DNA from: a virus
Reading direction: 5' to 3' (one strand)
Virus record (IMG/VR): IMGVR_UViG_3300027899_000008
DNA length: 64,000 nucleotides
Below are positions 38,298 through 47,158 of this stretch, in pieces (the first letter of the stretch is position 1; the number at the start of each line of letters is the position of its first letter). Made by a program: the position numbers and the translations under genes. The notes below the pieces were generated by a model. That model made no database searches. It had not been told where the DNA came from and saw nothing but the letters and a program-made list of their open reading frames with translations.

Positions 38298-39269
38298 TTA
38301 AAATACTCCCCCATCTATATTTCCATAATAATTACCACCAACATTTAAATTTCCAGTTATAGTTACATTGTCAGGAAGTCCCAATGTTAGGTTTGGACAA
38401 ATCTTTGTGATTTCTATTTCGCCACTGGTTCCTGTAATTCCAATAGCACCTGTACAACCATTTATGCTGGTTACTTTTAGTGGGTCCACCAACTGAGTCG
38501 GTAGATCAACCATCAACCATTTCTGCGCGGCATGATTGAATCTTATTACCTTACCATCGCCACCAGGACCATATTCTGATTCGGTGTCTATATTGACATC
38601 AAATAGTTCGTAAAGAGATTGAGGGCCTGTTGGTCCAGTTGGTCCAGTTGGTCCTAATGGTCCCACATATCCAGTTGGTCCCATTGGACCAATTAAATCA
38701 GATCCACCACCAAAGGAAACCCATTGACCAGTTTGTCCAATAGGGTCGTGGTCGTTGACAAATGTAAAAAGGAAAGCATTAGAGCTATCAACCCATCTAT
38801 GACCCACTCTTGGATTACTAGGTGCTGTCAATCCAAATGTGAATTCTGGATCAGTGGTATTCTGACATACCATCTTCCAGGCATATCCATTGTATAACCA
38901 AATTCGCGAATCATACTCGTAGGTGTCTCCAATACATTCGGTATTTGGAAAATCTATGCCAGTGAGTCCAGAACTACCACCACCATATGTGGGACACCCA
39001 TATCCTATCTCTATCCAATGACTCGTCTGATTAACATCCTGAATGTATGTGTATTCTACAGCATCATTCAGATGAAACCATTTATCACCAGTATCTGCTC
39101 CTGTTGGAGCAGTGATACCAATGATATATTTTACATTACCAGTTAATGTGACATTGACGGATCCAGATGCGCCTAGAAAACGCCATCCTAATCCGTCAAA
39201 TGCCCATAATCTATTTTCCGAAGAATAAGTATCACCAGATTGAGGTTGCGGGGAAACTGGAAATCCCAT
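38298..39269 (-). CDS. Modular structural protein with short collagen tract
   Basis: Two FP..W...G..W modules, two G.RW/KW modules, GPT repeats, C-terminal DGGVF. Confidence 0.65.
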   Translation of the reverse strand: MGFPVSPQPQSGDTYSSENRLWAFDGLGWRFLGASGSVNVTLTGNVKYIIGITAPTGADTGDKWFHLNDAVEYTYIQDVNQTSHWIEIGYGCPTYGGGSSGLTGIDFPNTECIGDTYEYDSRIWLYNGYAWKMVCQNTTDPEFTFGLTAPSNPRVGHRWVDSSNAFLFTFVNDHDPIGQTGQWVSFGGGSDLIGPMGPTGYVGPLGPTGPTGPTGPQSLYELFDVNIDTESEYGPGGDGKVIRFNHAAQKWLMVDLPTQLVDPLKVTSINGCTGAIGITGTSGEIEITKICPNLTLGLPDNVTITGNLNVGGNYYGNIDGGVF

Positions 39270-39301
39270 TAAACATCATATCCTATCAGTAAACAAGGAA
39301 T

Positions 39302-40528
39302 TTAGCGACTAGCCTTTTCCTTCTTCTTATATTTATGATTTTTAATTACAGGATTTTGATTGGGAATATTTTGCGTAAAGGTTTGTTGCGGATACTGAGA
39401 TTTCATGTTTTCAGAAATTGTTTCCATTATCTTGCGATATTGATTGAAATTTTCCTGAACTCTAGGAATTTCCGTTGGAGGAATCTTTCCTTCATCAAGA
39501 AGACGCTTACAAGCAAGATATCCAAGTTCTGGTTTTCCAGCATAGAATGCGCTTGCTCCGACTTCATCTAGACATGCGTAATCATAAATCGCATTGGCAA
39601 CAAAGAGAATGTCATCCTTTGGAATAGGAATCTCAGCAGCTGCTCTAGCAAATATGAATGCTGCTGCTGGCATGTTGAATTTAGTTCTGAGCACCTGAGC
39701 AATGTGATACAGGGGTTCAGCACGAATTGGTCTAGAGTTATATGCGTCGATGAAGGATGCCTGTACCTCAGGCCACGGACGATCCAGCATTGCTCTAGCG
39801 ATTGCTATTCGATACAACGAATAATATATCTCTTCTGCCCATCCGCCCATCTTAGCTCTCTTCAGATAAGAGTCAATCGCCTTTTCCCACTGCTGTGAGT
39901 CAAAGTAGGATTGTGCTAGATAAAATTGATATCGTGTGTTTTCTGGTTCATCAATCAATGCTGCTTCAAGCATTTCAGCATCTTTGGTATATTTTTCAAC
40001 AGGAGTGATTCCAAGATTCCTATTACCAAGAGTTCTCGCATTTAGAAAATAATCACCCTCAATCTTCATCATTACTGGTTGTGTCTTGATAAGAGATGCT
40101 GGAAATTCATGAAGAACTCCACGATACTCCCATTGAGAATCAATCTTAAAGATTTGTGTTCTCCACCAAGAAAACTCTGGTCTTCCCATACGAATAATGT
40201 ATGCGTCTGCTTCCATGACCGCAGGAAACTTGAAATTTCCCTCAATCTTGTCATCAGCGTCAATCACCCATGCGTAGTCTGCCTTGCCATCACAATGACG
40301 AAGAGCAACGGATCGGTTGTGTCCAAATCCCTTCCATTCATCTTGATGAAGTTCTCCAGGAATTCCCTTCTCAGCAAAGAACTTGGTGATTAGTTCCTGA
40401 GTTCCATCAGTGGAACCTGTGTCAGAGATGACCCAGTAGTCGATAAGTGGGGCAACAGATTCAAGACACTCATGAATGATATGAGTCTCATTTTTAACGA
40501 TCATACACAATGTAATTTTTGGTTTCAT
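39302..40528 (-). CDS. GT2 glycosyltransferase with TPR-like C-terminus
   Basis: LCMIVKNE, DTGSTDGT, FGHNRS, IDADD, GVLHE, RYQFYLAQSY. Confidence 0.9.
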   Translation of the reverse strand: MKPKITLCMIVKNETHIIHECLESVAPLIDYWVISDTGSTDGTQELITKFFAEKGIPGELHQDEWKGFGHNRSVALRHCDGKADYAWVIDADDKIEGNFKFPAVMEADAYIIRMGRPEFSWWRTQIFKIDSQWEYRGVLHEFPASLIKTQPVMMKIEGDYFLNARTLGNRNLGITPVEKYTKDAEMLEAALIDEPENTRYQFYLAQSYFDSQQWEKAIDSYLKRAKMGGWAEEIYYSLYRIAIARAMLDRPWPEVQASFIDAYNSRPIRAEPLYHIAQVLRTKFNMPAAAFIFARAAAEIPIPKDDILFVANAIYDYACLDEVGASAFYAGKPELGYLACKRLLDEGKIPPTEIPRVQENFNQYRKIMETISENMKSQYPQQTFTQNIPNQNPVIKNHKYKKKEKASR

Positions 40529-40533
40529 ATTAT
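40449..40533. repeat. 85-bp direct repeat, copy 1 (5' end of GT2 gene)
   Basis: 81/85 identical to 41073-41157. Confidence 0.9.
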
Positions 40534-41048
40534 TTTATCCAATACCACACATGATTTTTTGTTTCTTTTATTGTTTTACCAACACTAAAAGCAAATTCAT
40601 TTACAGCACGATTCACACCTTCTATACCAGTATAATCATGACCAGAAAAAATGCCACCACTTTTTATCTTTGAATAATAATTTTTACAATCTTTCAATAC
40701 CTGTTCATAAGTATGTAGTCCATCTATAAACATGAAATCATATTCATCATTAGCAAAATCCATACATGCATCATCTGAAGTTTTGTTAATTAAATTGAAT
40801 CGCGATCCAAACTCTTTCATTCGTTCAATGACCATTTGTTTTTGATTTAAGTTAAATGAAACATGATGTCCGTGCCAATCTGTATATTGCATATACGGGT
40901 CAACTGAATTTATAATAATATCTTCTTTGGTTTTTAACAAAAAAAAAGTAGTATCACCATCAAGACATCCAATTTCTATTCCTCTTGGATTATTTTTGTC
41001 TTTAAGCAATTCACCTAAACCATATCCAGGAACATGTTCAAAATTCAT
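40530..41048 (-). CDS. Class I SAM methyltransferase (Methyltransf_24-like)
   Basis: IEIGC..G, FIDGLHTYE, GGIFSGHDY. Confidence 0.85.
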   Translation of the reverse strand: MNFEHVPGYGLGELLKDKNNPRGIEIGCLDGDTTFFLLKTKEDIIINSVDPYMQYTDWHGHHVSFNLNQKQMVIERMKEFGSRFNLINKTSDDACMDFANDEYDFMFIDGLHTYEQVLKDCKNYYSKIKSGGIFSGHDYTGIEGVNRAVNEFAFSVGKTIKETKNHVWYWIK

Positions 41049-41152
41049 TTAATCAACCTTTCTACTAACAGGGGGGCAACGGATTCGAGACACTCATGAA
41101 TAATATGAGTCTCATTTTTAACAATCATACACAATGTAATTTTTGGTTTCAT
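41045..41152 (-). pseudogene. Truncated duplicate of the GT2 gene 5' end (35-aa mini-ORF)
   Basis: MKPKITLCMIVKNETHIIHECLESVAPL then LVERLIK*; its TGA overlaps the ATG of 40530-41048. Confidence 0.85.
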
Positions 41153-41164
41153 ATTATATACCTT

Positions 41165-42046
41165 CTACTTACTATTATGTATATTGAATGTGTCAATGAT
41201 CTGATCAACGCGATTACCAACTAAATGATATTTTGTTATCTTGTTGTATATGTTAGTTGCAAGATGATTTCTATAGTCATGATCATTATACAATCTTAGC
41301 ATTTTTTCATATGCTTCTTGTCCCGTGCTAAAGTAGCATATATCTTCGTCTTCAATAAACAAATCATATATTCCAGTTTCCGCAGAAATACGATTTGTTA
41401 TTATAGCATTACCACACCCACCAGATTCAAATATTCTGCGTGTTATCTCATCGAATCTAGCAAACTGATATGTAAATGTTCCAGAATTATAATAATCAGT
41501 ATTATCAATATTCCATACATGTTTATTTATAAATTTATCTTTAAATATATTTGAAAATTCTTGTATAAGTGGTCTATATCCCAAACACGATGTGACACAT
41601 ATATTTTGTCTATTTACATTTTCTTTTTTATAAAATATAGAATCATCACACCAATGAGTCATCCAATTGGAAGGAAGTCCTTGTTGTTTATATTGTGTAT
41701 GACATCGTATATCTGAAGTAAAAAATTCATCAACATATCGTATACGAACTTGATTATCAACTTGTGTTTGTGGTTCATCTCCTACTTCTAATAGAATTTT
41801 TGTTTTAGTTTTTGATTTTAATTTTTTAAGTTGTTCATCAAATGAAGTTGATGGTCCACACCATAAAAATAAAATAAAATCATAGTTATTAGATTCATCT
41901 ATTAATTTTTCTAAATTTACATTTTTTGGATCTTTGACCCCATAAAATGTAACATCGTGTCCTTTTTTAATAAATGAATTTTGAAGACCCAACGAAGAGT
42001 TCCAACCAGAAGATTCGCTATCTTGATATGATATTGCTATTTTCAT
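41165..42046 (-). CDS. Glycosyltransferase (CgeB/YkvP-like GT-B)
   Basis: DEITRRIFE..G, LF..DEDI.Y, H....R...I C-terminal motifs. Confidence 0.75.
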   Translation of the reverse strand: MKIAISYQDSESSGWNSSLGLQNSFIKKGHDVTFYGVKDPKNVNLEKLIDESNNYDFILFLWCGPSTSFDEQLKKLKSKTKTKILLEVGDEPQTQVDNQVRIRYVDEFFTSDIRCHTQYKQQGLPSNWMTHWCDDSIFYKKENVNRQNICVTSCLGYRPLIQEFSNIFKDKFINKHVWNIDNTDYYNSGTFTYQFARFDEITRRIFESGGCGNAIITNRISAETGIYDLFIEDEDICYFSTGQEAYEKMLRLYNDHDYRNHLATNIYNKITKYHLVGNRVDQIIDTFNIHNSK

Positions 42047-42603
42047 TTGTTAACTTCATGAATCCAACATGCTGGATCTTTGACCTTTATATTAGTTAAA
42101 AATCTTTCATTCACTGCGCGAGTAACACCAGGCCAACCGCCATAATCATGTCCTGCTATTATTCCTTTATTTTTTATTTTAGGATACCATGCTTCTATAT
42201 CTGCCTTGACTGCATCATAGGAGTGATCCGCATCAATAAATACAACATCTAAACTATTATCTTCGAATAATTTAGATGCTTTAATAGAATTTTGACGAAT
42301 TGGTCTTATAACATTCAATAATGTTTTAATATTATTTAAAAATAATTCATATAATACATCTTCAATAATAATTTGATCTGACCTGTGTTCATCAGATCCC
42401 TTCCAAGTATCAACACAATACAATTTAATATTTTTGGTTGAATTAAGAATTTCTACAGCAAGATAAGAAGCACTTTTTCCCTTCCATGATCCAACTTCAA
42501 CAATTGTTGATCCATCGTTTAGACGATCAACAAATGATTTATATAATTCTTCATAACCAAACCAATTTTCTCCAAATTGTTCTTCTTGATATATGTGTTT
42601 CAT
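42043..42603 (-). CDS. Class I SAM methyltransferase (Methyltransf_24-like)
   Basis: VEVGSWKGKS, CVDTW, FIDADHSYD, GIIAGHDY. Confidence 0.88.
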   Translation of the reverse strand: MKHIYQEEQFGENWFGYEELYKSFVDRLNDGSTIVEVGSWKGKSASYLAVEILNSTKNIKLYCVDTWKGSDEHRSDQIIIEDVLYELFLNNIKTLLNVIRPIRQNSIKASKLFEDNSLDVVFIDADHSYDAVKADIEAWYPKIKNKGIIAGHDYGGWPGVTRAVNERFLTNIKVKDPACWIHEVNK

Positions 42604-43499
42604 AATGATTTTAATTTCTCCTTTATCCAATTTACAATATCAATCTGAGGATTCCAATTTAATATATTTTGTGATCGTGTTATATTTGCTAATGTAGTTT
42701 TTGCTTCGCCTATTCTATATGGAATAAAAACAATATTATTGGATATCAGTTTTGCTATATCTAAAATTTTATAATTCTTACCATTTCCAATATTAAAAAC
42801 TTGTGCATTTAAATTTTCTACAGAATTCATAGCACATATATTAGCATCAACTACATCATACACATGAATAAAATCTCTTTCGTTCATCCCATCTCCAACA
42901 ACCGTTAATGCTTGATTGGTTTTATGTTGATTTATAAAAATTCCAACTACTAGAGAATAAGGTCCAGAAACTGGACTTCTTTCTCCATACACATTGAAAT
43001 ATCTAAAAATACAAGCATCTAATCCATGCAATTTATTATAACACCTAATCATCTCTTCTCCAGCAAATTTAGTTGCTGAATATGGATTTAGACAATCAAT
43101 CTTTTCATCTTCATTAGTTGGTAATGAACAGGTCAATCCATAAACAGCAGATGTTCCAGAATAAATTACTCTTTTAATTTTATATTTTAAACTACATTGT
43201 AGTATATTAGTTGTTCCTATCACATTGACATTTACTGCATGTAATGGATTTTCGATTGCTGGTTGAATTCTAGATTCTGCCGCTAAATGAAAAACATAAT
43301 CAATATTATTAAAGATAGGTTCAATTTCTGCTAAATTACAAATATCAATATTGTGATAAATTGCATTTTTATTGTAATAAAAAATATCATTATTTGCACT
43401 TAGATTGTCTATAACTTGTACATGGTGACCCAGTGTTACTAGTTTGTCAACTAAATGACTTCCAATAAATCCACAACCACCAGTTACTATAATATTCAT
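42600..43499 (-). CDS. NAD-dependent NDP-sugar epimerase/dehydratase
   Basis: TGGCGFIG, FHLAA, YSATK, RYFNVYG, RDFIHV. Confidence 0.93.
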   Translation of the reverse strand: MNIIVTGGCGFIGSHLVDKLVTLGHHVQVIDNLSANNDIFYYNKNAIYHNIDICNLAEIEPIFNNIDYVFHLAAESRIQPAIENPLHAVNVNVIGTTNILQCSLKYKIKRVIYSGTSAVYGLTCSLPTNEDEKIDCLNPYSATKFAGEEMIRCYNKLHGLDACIFRYFNVYGERSPVSGPYSLVVGIFINQHKTNQALTVVGDGMNERDFIHVYDVVDANICAMNSVENLNAQVFNIGNGKNYKILDIAKLISNNIVFIPYRIGEAKTTLANITRSQNILNWNPQIDIVNWIKEKLKSL

Positions 43500-44488
43500 A
43501 GTTTATTTTCCAAAAAGTTACCAATCACCCTAGAACCAGTGTAGTCTATAGAATATGGTAATCTCCACATTCCTAAATTTTTCATAAATTTTTCTAACTT
43601 ATCGTGGTGTTGATTCACATATAGCATCAAAAAACCACCCCCACCAGCCCCTATAATCTTACCACCCAAAACATTATAGTTAGTTTTAACTTCTTCGTAA
43701 ATTTCATCTACAAAATTTAGACTAATTTTATTAGATAATTGTTTTTTTAGTTTCCAATAATCATCTAATAAAATTCCATACTCATCATAATTTTTATTTT
43801 GAAGTATATCTATTGTCTTGTAACCATATTCTTTAATTGTATTCAAAAGATATTCTGTGTTTCCAATCATTTTCTGCTGATATTGAAGAATATCAGATGC
43901 ATTTCTTTTTACATTTAAAGAATACACATGAACATTTCTAAGGAAATCACTCATATCGTTACAATTTATATTTAGATTTGTAGTTGTGACTTTTCCATCT
44001 TTAGCAATATTGAAAATCCTAACACCGCCATAAGAAGCAATATATTGATCTTGTTTTCCTACTGGTTCCTTTAATACATCAATCTCTATATGACATGCTT
44101 CATCTGCTACTACTTCTGATTCAATATTGATTCTTTTATATTCTCTAATTGATTTTAACAAACCAACTAAAAATGTACCAGAAGAACCAAGACCAGAATT
44201 GGCAGAAAGATCAGCGCAACTTGTTATTTCTATACCATTCTTAATATTATGAAATAACAATGCTTCTCTAGCACGACTATGTTTCAGCATATTTGCATTA
44301 GTCACACTTTCAATTTCAGAATATTTTAATTTACACAAATTATCAAAATAGTCTGGTTTAAGTGTAATATACATGTACTTATCAATAGCCATTGATATTA
44401 CTAAACCACCATTGAGTGAATAATATGATGGAATATCTGTTCCACCACCACCCAATGTAAATCTAAATGGTGTTCTTGTTATAATCAT
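43496..44488 (-). CDS. hddA: D-glycero-alpha-D-manno-heptose-7-phosphate kinase (GHMP family)
   Basis: RTPFRFTLGGGGTD, GLGSSG, GKQDQY, GAGGGGF. Confidence 0.85.
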   Translation of the reverse strand: MIITRTPFRFTLGGGGTDIPSYYSLNGGLVISMAIDKYMYITLKPDYFDNLCKLKYSEIESVTNANMLKHSRAREALLFHNIKNGIEITSCADLSANSGLGSSGTFLVGLLKSIREYKRINIESEVVADEACHIEIDVLKEPVGKQDQYIASYGGVRIFNIAKDGKVTTTNLNINCNDMSDFLRNVHVYSLNVKRNASDILQYQQKMIGNTEYLLNTIKEYGYKTIDILQNKNYDEYGILLDDYWKLKKQLSNKISLNFVDEIYEEVKTNYNVLGGKIIGAGGGGFLMLYVNQHHDKLEKFMKNLGMWRLPYSIDYTGSRVIGNFLENKL

Positions 44489-45180
44489 ATAATGTAGTTT
44501 GATTTCTTGGCATCATTATAAAACATTTTAACAGTATCTAAAGAATAATCGTTTAAATTTTTACCATTTAGTGATAATTTATTGATTAAATCTGGAGTTA
44601 CTGTGATGATATGGCAACCTAGTTTATCTGCTTCATATATGTTAAAGACTTCTCTTGGACTTGCCCAAAGAATTTTAACATTAGAAGGTGATATCTTCAA
44701 TGCATATTTAACTATAGGTTTTGGATCTATACCCGTATCTGCAATTCTTCCAGCAAATATAGAAAGGATTACTTGAGTTGGTGAATCCAAATATGATTGT
44801 AACTCTTTAATTTGTTTTTTCGTAAAAACAGCAGTAATATTAACCTTTATACCCATATTCAATAATTTTTTAATTAGATGTTTTGTTGATTTTCCATCTG
44901 TATTTGTTACAGGTATCTTGACATAGATGTTAGTTCCATATGATGCTATTATTATTGCTTGTTTTTCCATCTCTTCAAGATCATCAGCAAACACTTCAAA
45001 AGAAATTGGCAAATCTTTTATTGTGCTTGTTATATCTTTCATAAATTCAATATAATTTACAACACCAGATTTGCGCATTAGTGTCGGATTTGTAGTAAAT
45101 CCAGAAACAAGTTTGTTGGATTCATATGCACTTATCATTTCAGTTTTATCTGATCCGTCCGAGTAAATTTCAATTTTCAT
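44485..45180 (-). CDS. tal: Transaldolase
   Basis: GFTTNPTL, ISFEV, YVKIP (Schiff-base Lys), SIFAGRIAD, LWASPRE. Confidence 0.92.
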   Translation of the reverse strand: MKIEIYSDGSDKTEMISAYESNKLVSGFTTNPTLMRKSGVVNYIEFMKDITSTIKDLPISFEVFADDLEEMEKQAIIIASYGTNIYVKIPVTNTDGKSTKHLIKKLLNMGIKVNITAVFTKKQIKELQSYLDSPTQVILSIFAGRIADTGIDPKPIVKYALKISPSNVKILWASPREVFNIYEADKLGCHIITVTPDLINKLSLNGKNLNDYSLDTVKMFYNDAKKSNYII

Positions 45181-45755
45181 GTTTTATCCTTTAGATAAGT
45201 AACCACAAGATGCCAAATGATTCCTTGCCATTCTTCAGCGTGTGGTGTTATTGTATCATCATTCAGCACAGGAATCAATACACAAACATCAGATTTTTGC
45301 TTAGAATAACCACCATTTCTACTAACAATAGATAATACTTTGGCATTCACTTCTTTTGCCAAATCTATAGATTTTACTATGTTTTGTGATGTTTTTTCGC
45401 TTCCTCCACCCACAGAAAAAATTATAATAGCGTCATTTTTTGAAAGTTTAGATACCTTTAACCAATTAGAATAAGAAGTATCCCAACCATCATCATTTAC
45501 TCTTGCAGTTAATTCTGAAATATTATCAGATACAGAATAACTTTCTATATTCAGAATTTTTCTAAAATCATTGACGGCATGTGATGCATTTCCAGCACTA
45601 CCACCAACACCAATAAAAAACAATCTTCCATTGTTAGTTTTTACATTTTTAATTTCAGCGATAAACGATGCTATCTCCTTTAGAGACACTTTATCACATA
45701 TCATTTTTACATCATTTAAATATGATGCTATAAAAATTTCACTCATATATTTCAT
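45177..45755 (-). CDS. gmhA: Sedoheptulose-7-phosphate isomerase (SIS domain)
   Basis: GVGGSAGNASHAVND, TARVNDDG, PHAEEWQ; start at 45755 by ATGA overlap. Confidence 0.85.
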   Translation of the reverse strand: MKYMSEIFIASYLNDVKMICDKVSLKEIASFIAEIKNVKTNNGRLFFIGVGGSAGNASHAVNDFRKILNIESYSVSDNISELTARVNDDGWDTSYSNWLKVSKLSKNDAIIIFSVGGGSEKTSQNIVKSIDLAKEVNAKVLSIVSRNGGYSKQKSDVCVLIPVLNDDTITPHAEEWQGIIWHLVVTYLKDKT

Positions 45756-46447
45756 TCCTCTATAATAAAACATGCTTGTGAATATGTCGATGGTTGATAA
45801 ACAATACAATTATAATTAAATTTAGTATCTAATAAGAATTCTGCAAATGCTTTGATTTCATGTTTTCTATAATCTGTATAATCATTTATTTCATCAAACA
45901 TAATCATAGTATTTGGAGTTATTCTCGATGAAAGTAAATCGAATACAGTTTTAGTCGAACTATAGATATCTGCATCTAAATGGATAAAATCAACTTCACC
46001 AGGATGTGTTTCTAAAAATGGAGCAATAGATGCATCAAAATAACCTTTAATTAATTTAATATTAGGATTCCATGGTTTTATATTAATAGTTGGAGATGGA
46101 TCATGATGTGTTCCCTGATGTGGTCCAAATATTGCACCCATAGGAATCTCGCCATTTAAATTGAAAGCATTCTTCAAATTATCAGAATCCCATTGTTCTG
46201 GTAATCCTTCAAAGCAATCAAATCCATAAAATTGTTCAGTTGGTTTTAATTCTGCAAAATGTTGCAAACTCCTTCCACGATATACACCAAATTCCATCCA
46301 CAACCCACCAGTTTTTCTGGTATGTTTCATACATTCAATTCGGTATGAAATACTAAAGTCGTAAGTTTGCTTGTGTTTTATCTTGCAGTCATGCAAAGAT
46401 ACCATAATTTCATTTATTTTGTTTTCTATAATTTGATTTGTATTCAT
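45752..46447 (-). CDS. Class I methyltransferase (TylF-like)
   Basis: EFGVYRG, GFDCFEGLP, KGYF, HLDADIYSS, FDE. Confidence 0.85.
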   Translation of the reverse strand: MNTNQIIENKINEIMVSLHDCKIKHKQTYDFSISYRIECMKHTRKTGGLWMEFGVYRGRSLQHFAELKPTEQFYGFDCFEGLPEQWDSDNLKNAFNLNGEIPMGAIFGPHQGTHHDPSPTINIKPWNPNIKLIKGYFDASIAPFLETHPGEVDFIHLDADIYSSTKTVFDLLSSRITPNTMIMFDEINDYTDYRKHEIKAFAEFLLDTKFNYNCIVYQPSTYSQACFIIEE

Positions 46448-47145
46448 ATTTTACACCTTTTTCTTAAATCACTGGATGACCAGTTATGATTCCTATCGTG
46501 ATAATAAATTTGTCTGCAATATTCTTCTCCAGTTATTGGATTTCCCTTGGCATCAGATCCAAGTATTCGAATATCTGGAGTTATACATGCAAGAAGAGCA
46601 CTTAACTCTTCTTCTGTTTTATATATAACAACTTCATCAACATACTTGTTACTTTCTAACTGAATTCTTCTCTCGTTTATAGATTGAATTGGTTTGTTTT
46701 TAAATTTTCTATCTATTGATGGATCTTCATGAAGAGCTGCTATTAGATAGTCGCATACAGATTTTGCATCTTTTAAATACAAACAATGGCCAGCATGTAG
46801 AAGATCAAAACTACTAGCGACAAATCCAACAATAATTATTTTGTTTTCGTGTCTCCATGTCTTTGTTGTGATTGCCTTATCATCGACAAAGACATCATAT
46901 GATGGTTTTCCCTTATCAATCAAATAATGGTATTTAACATTCCATTGTTTTAATTGTTTAACATTCAATTCATGATAATCTATACCAGAACTGGATCCTC
47001 TTGCTGTGAATATTGTAATTTCATGTCCTTGATGGTATAACAAATTTACTTCATCAATCATCTTGATATAAGGAATCGCTTCTTCATATTTACGAGATTT
47101 TGGAGTAAGGCAAAGAGTTTCATCTAAATCGAAACAATATTTCAT
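46444..47145 (-). CDS. Fused HAD phosphatase and HxGH nucleotidyltransferase (TagD/HldE-like)
   Basis: N-terminal FDLDETLC..TARG..KP.YD..VDDK; C-terminal FDLLHAGH..ER..VDEV..SSS. Confidence 0.85.
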   Translation of the reverse strand: MKYCFDLDETLCLTPKSRKYEEAIPYIKMIDEVNLLYHQGHEITIFTARGSSSGIDYHELNVKQLKQWNVKYHYLIDKGKPSYDVFVDDKAITTKTWRHENKIIIVGFVASSFDLLHAGHCLYLKDAKSVCDYLIAALHEDPSIDRKFKNKPIQSINERRIQLESNKYVDEVVIYKTEEELSALLACITPDIRILGSDAKGNPITGEEYCRQIYYHDRNHNWSSSDLRKRCKI

Positions 47146-47158
47146 GTATATACTTTCA

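Noticed and set aside
45762-45790. TCGACA-17-TATTAT promoter-like match before gmhA
   Set aside because: Two mismatches, inside AT-rich coding sequence, and the genes are already coupled by an ATGA overlap.
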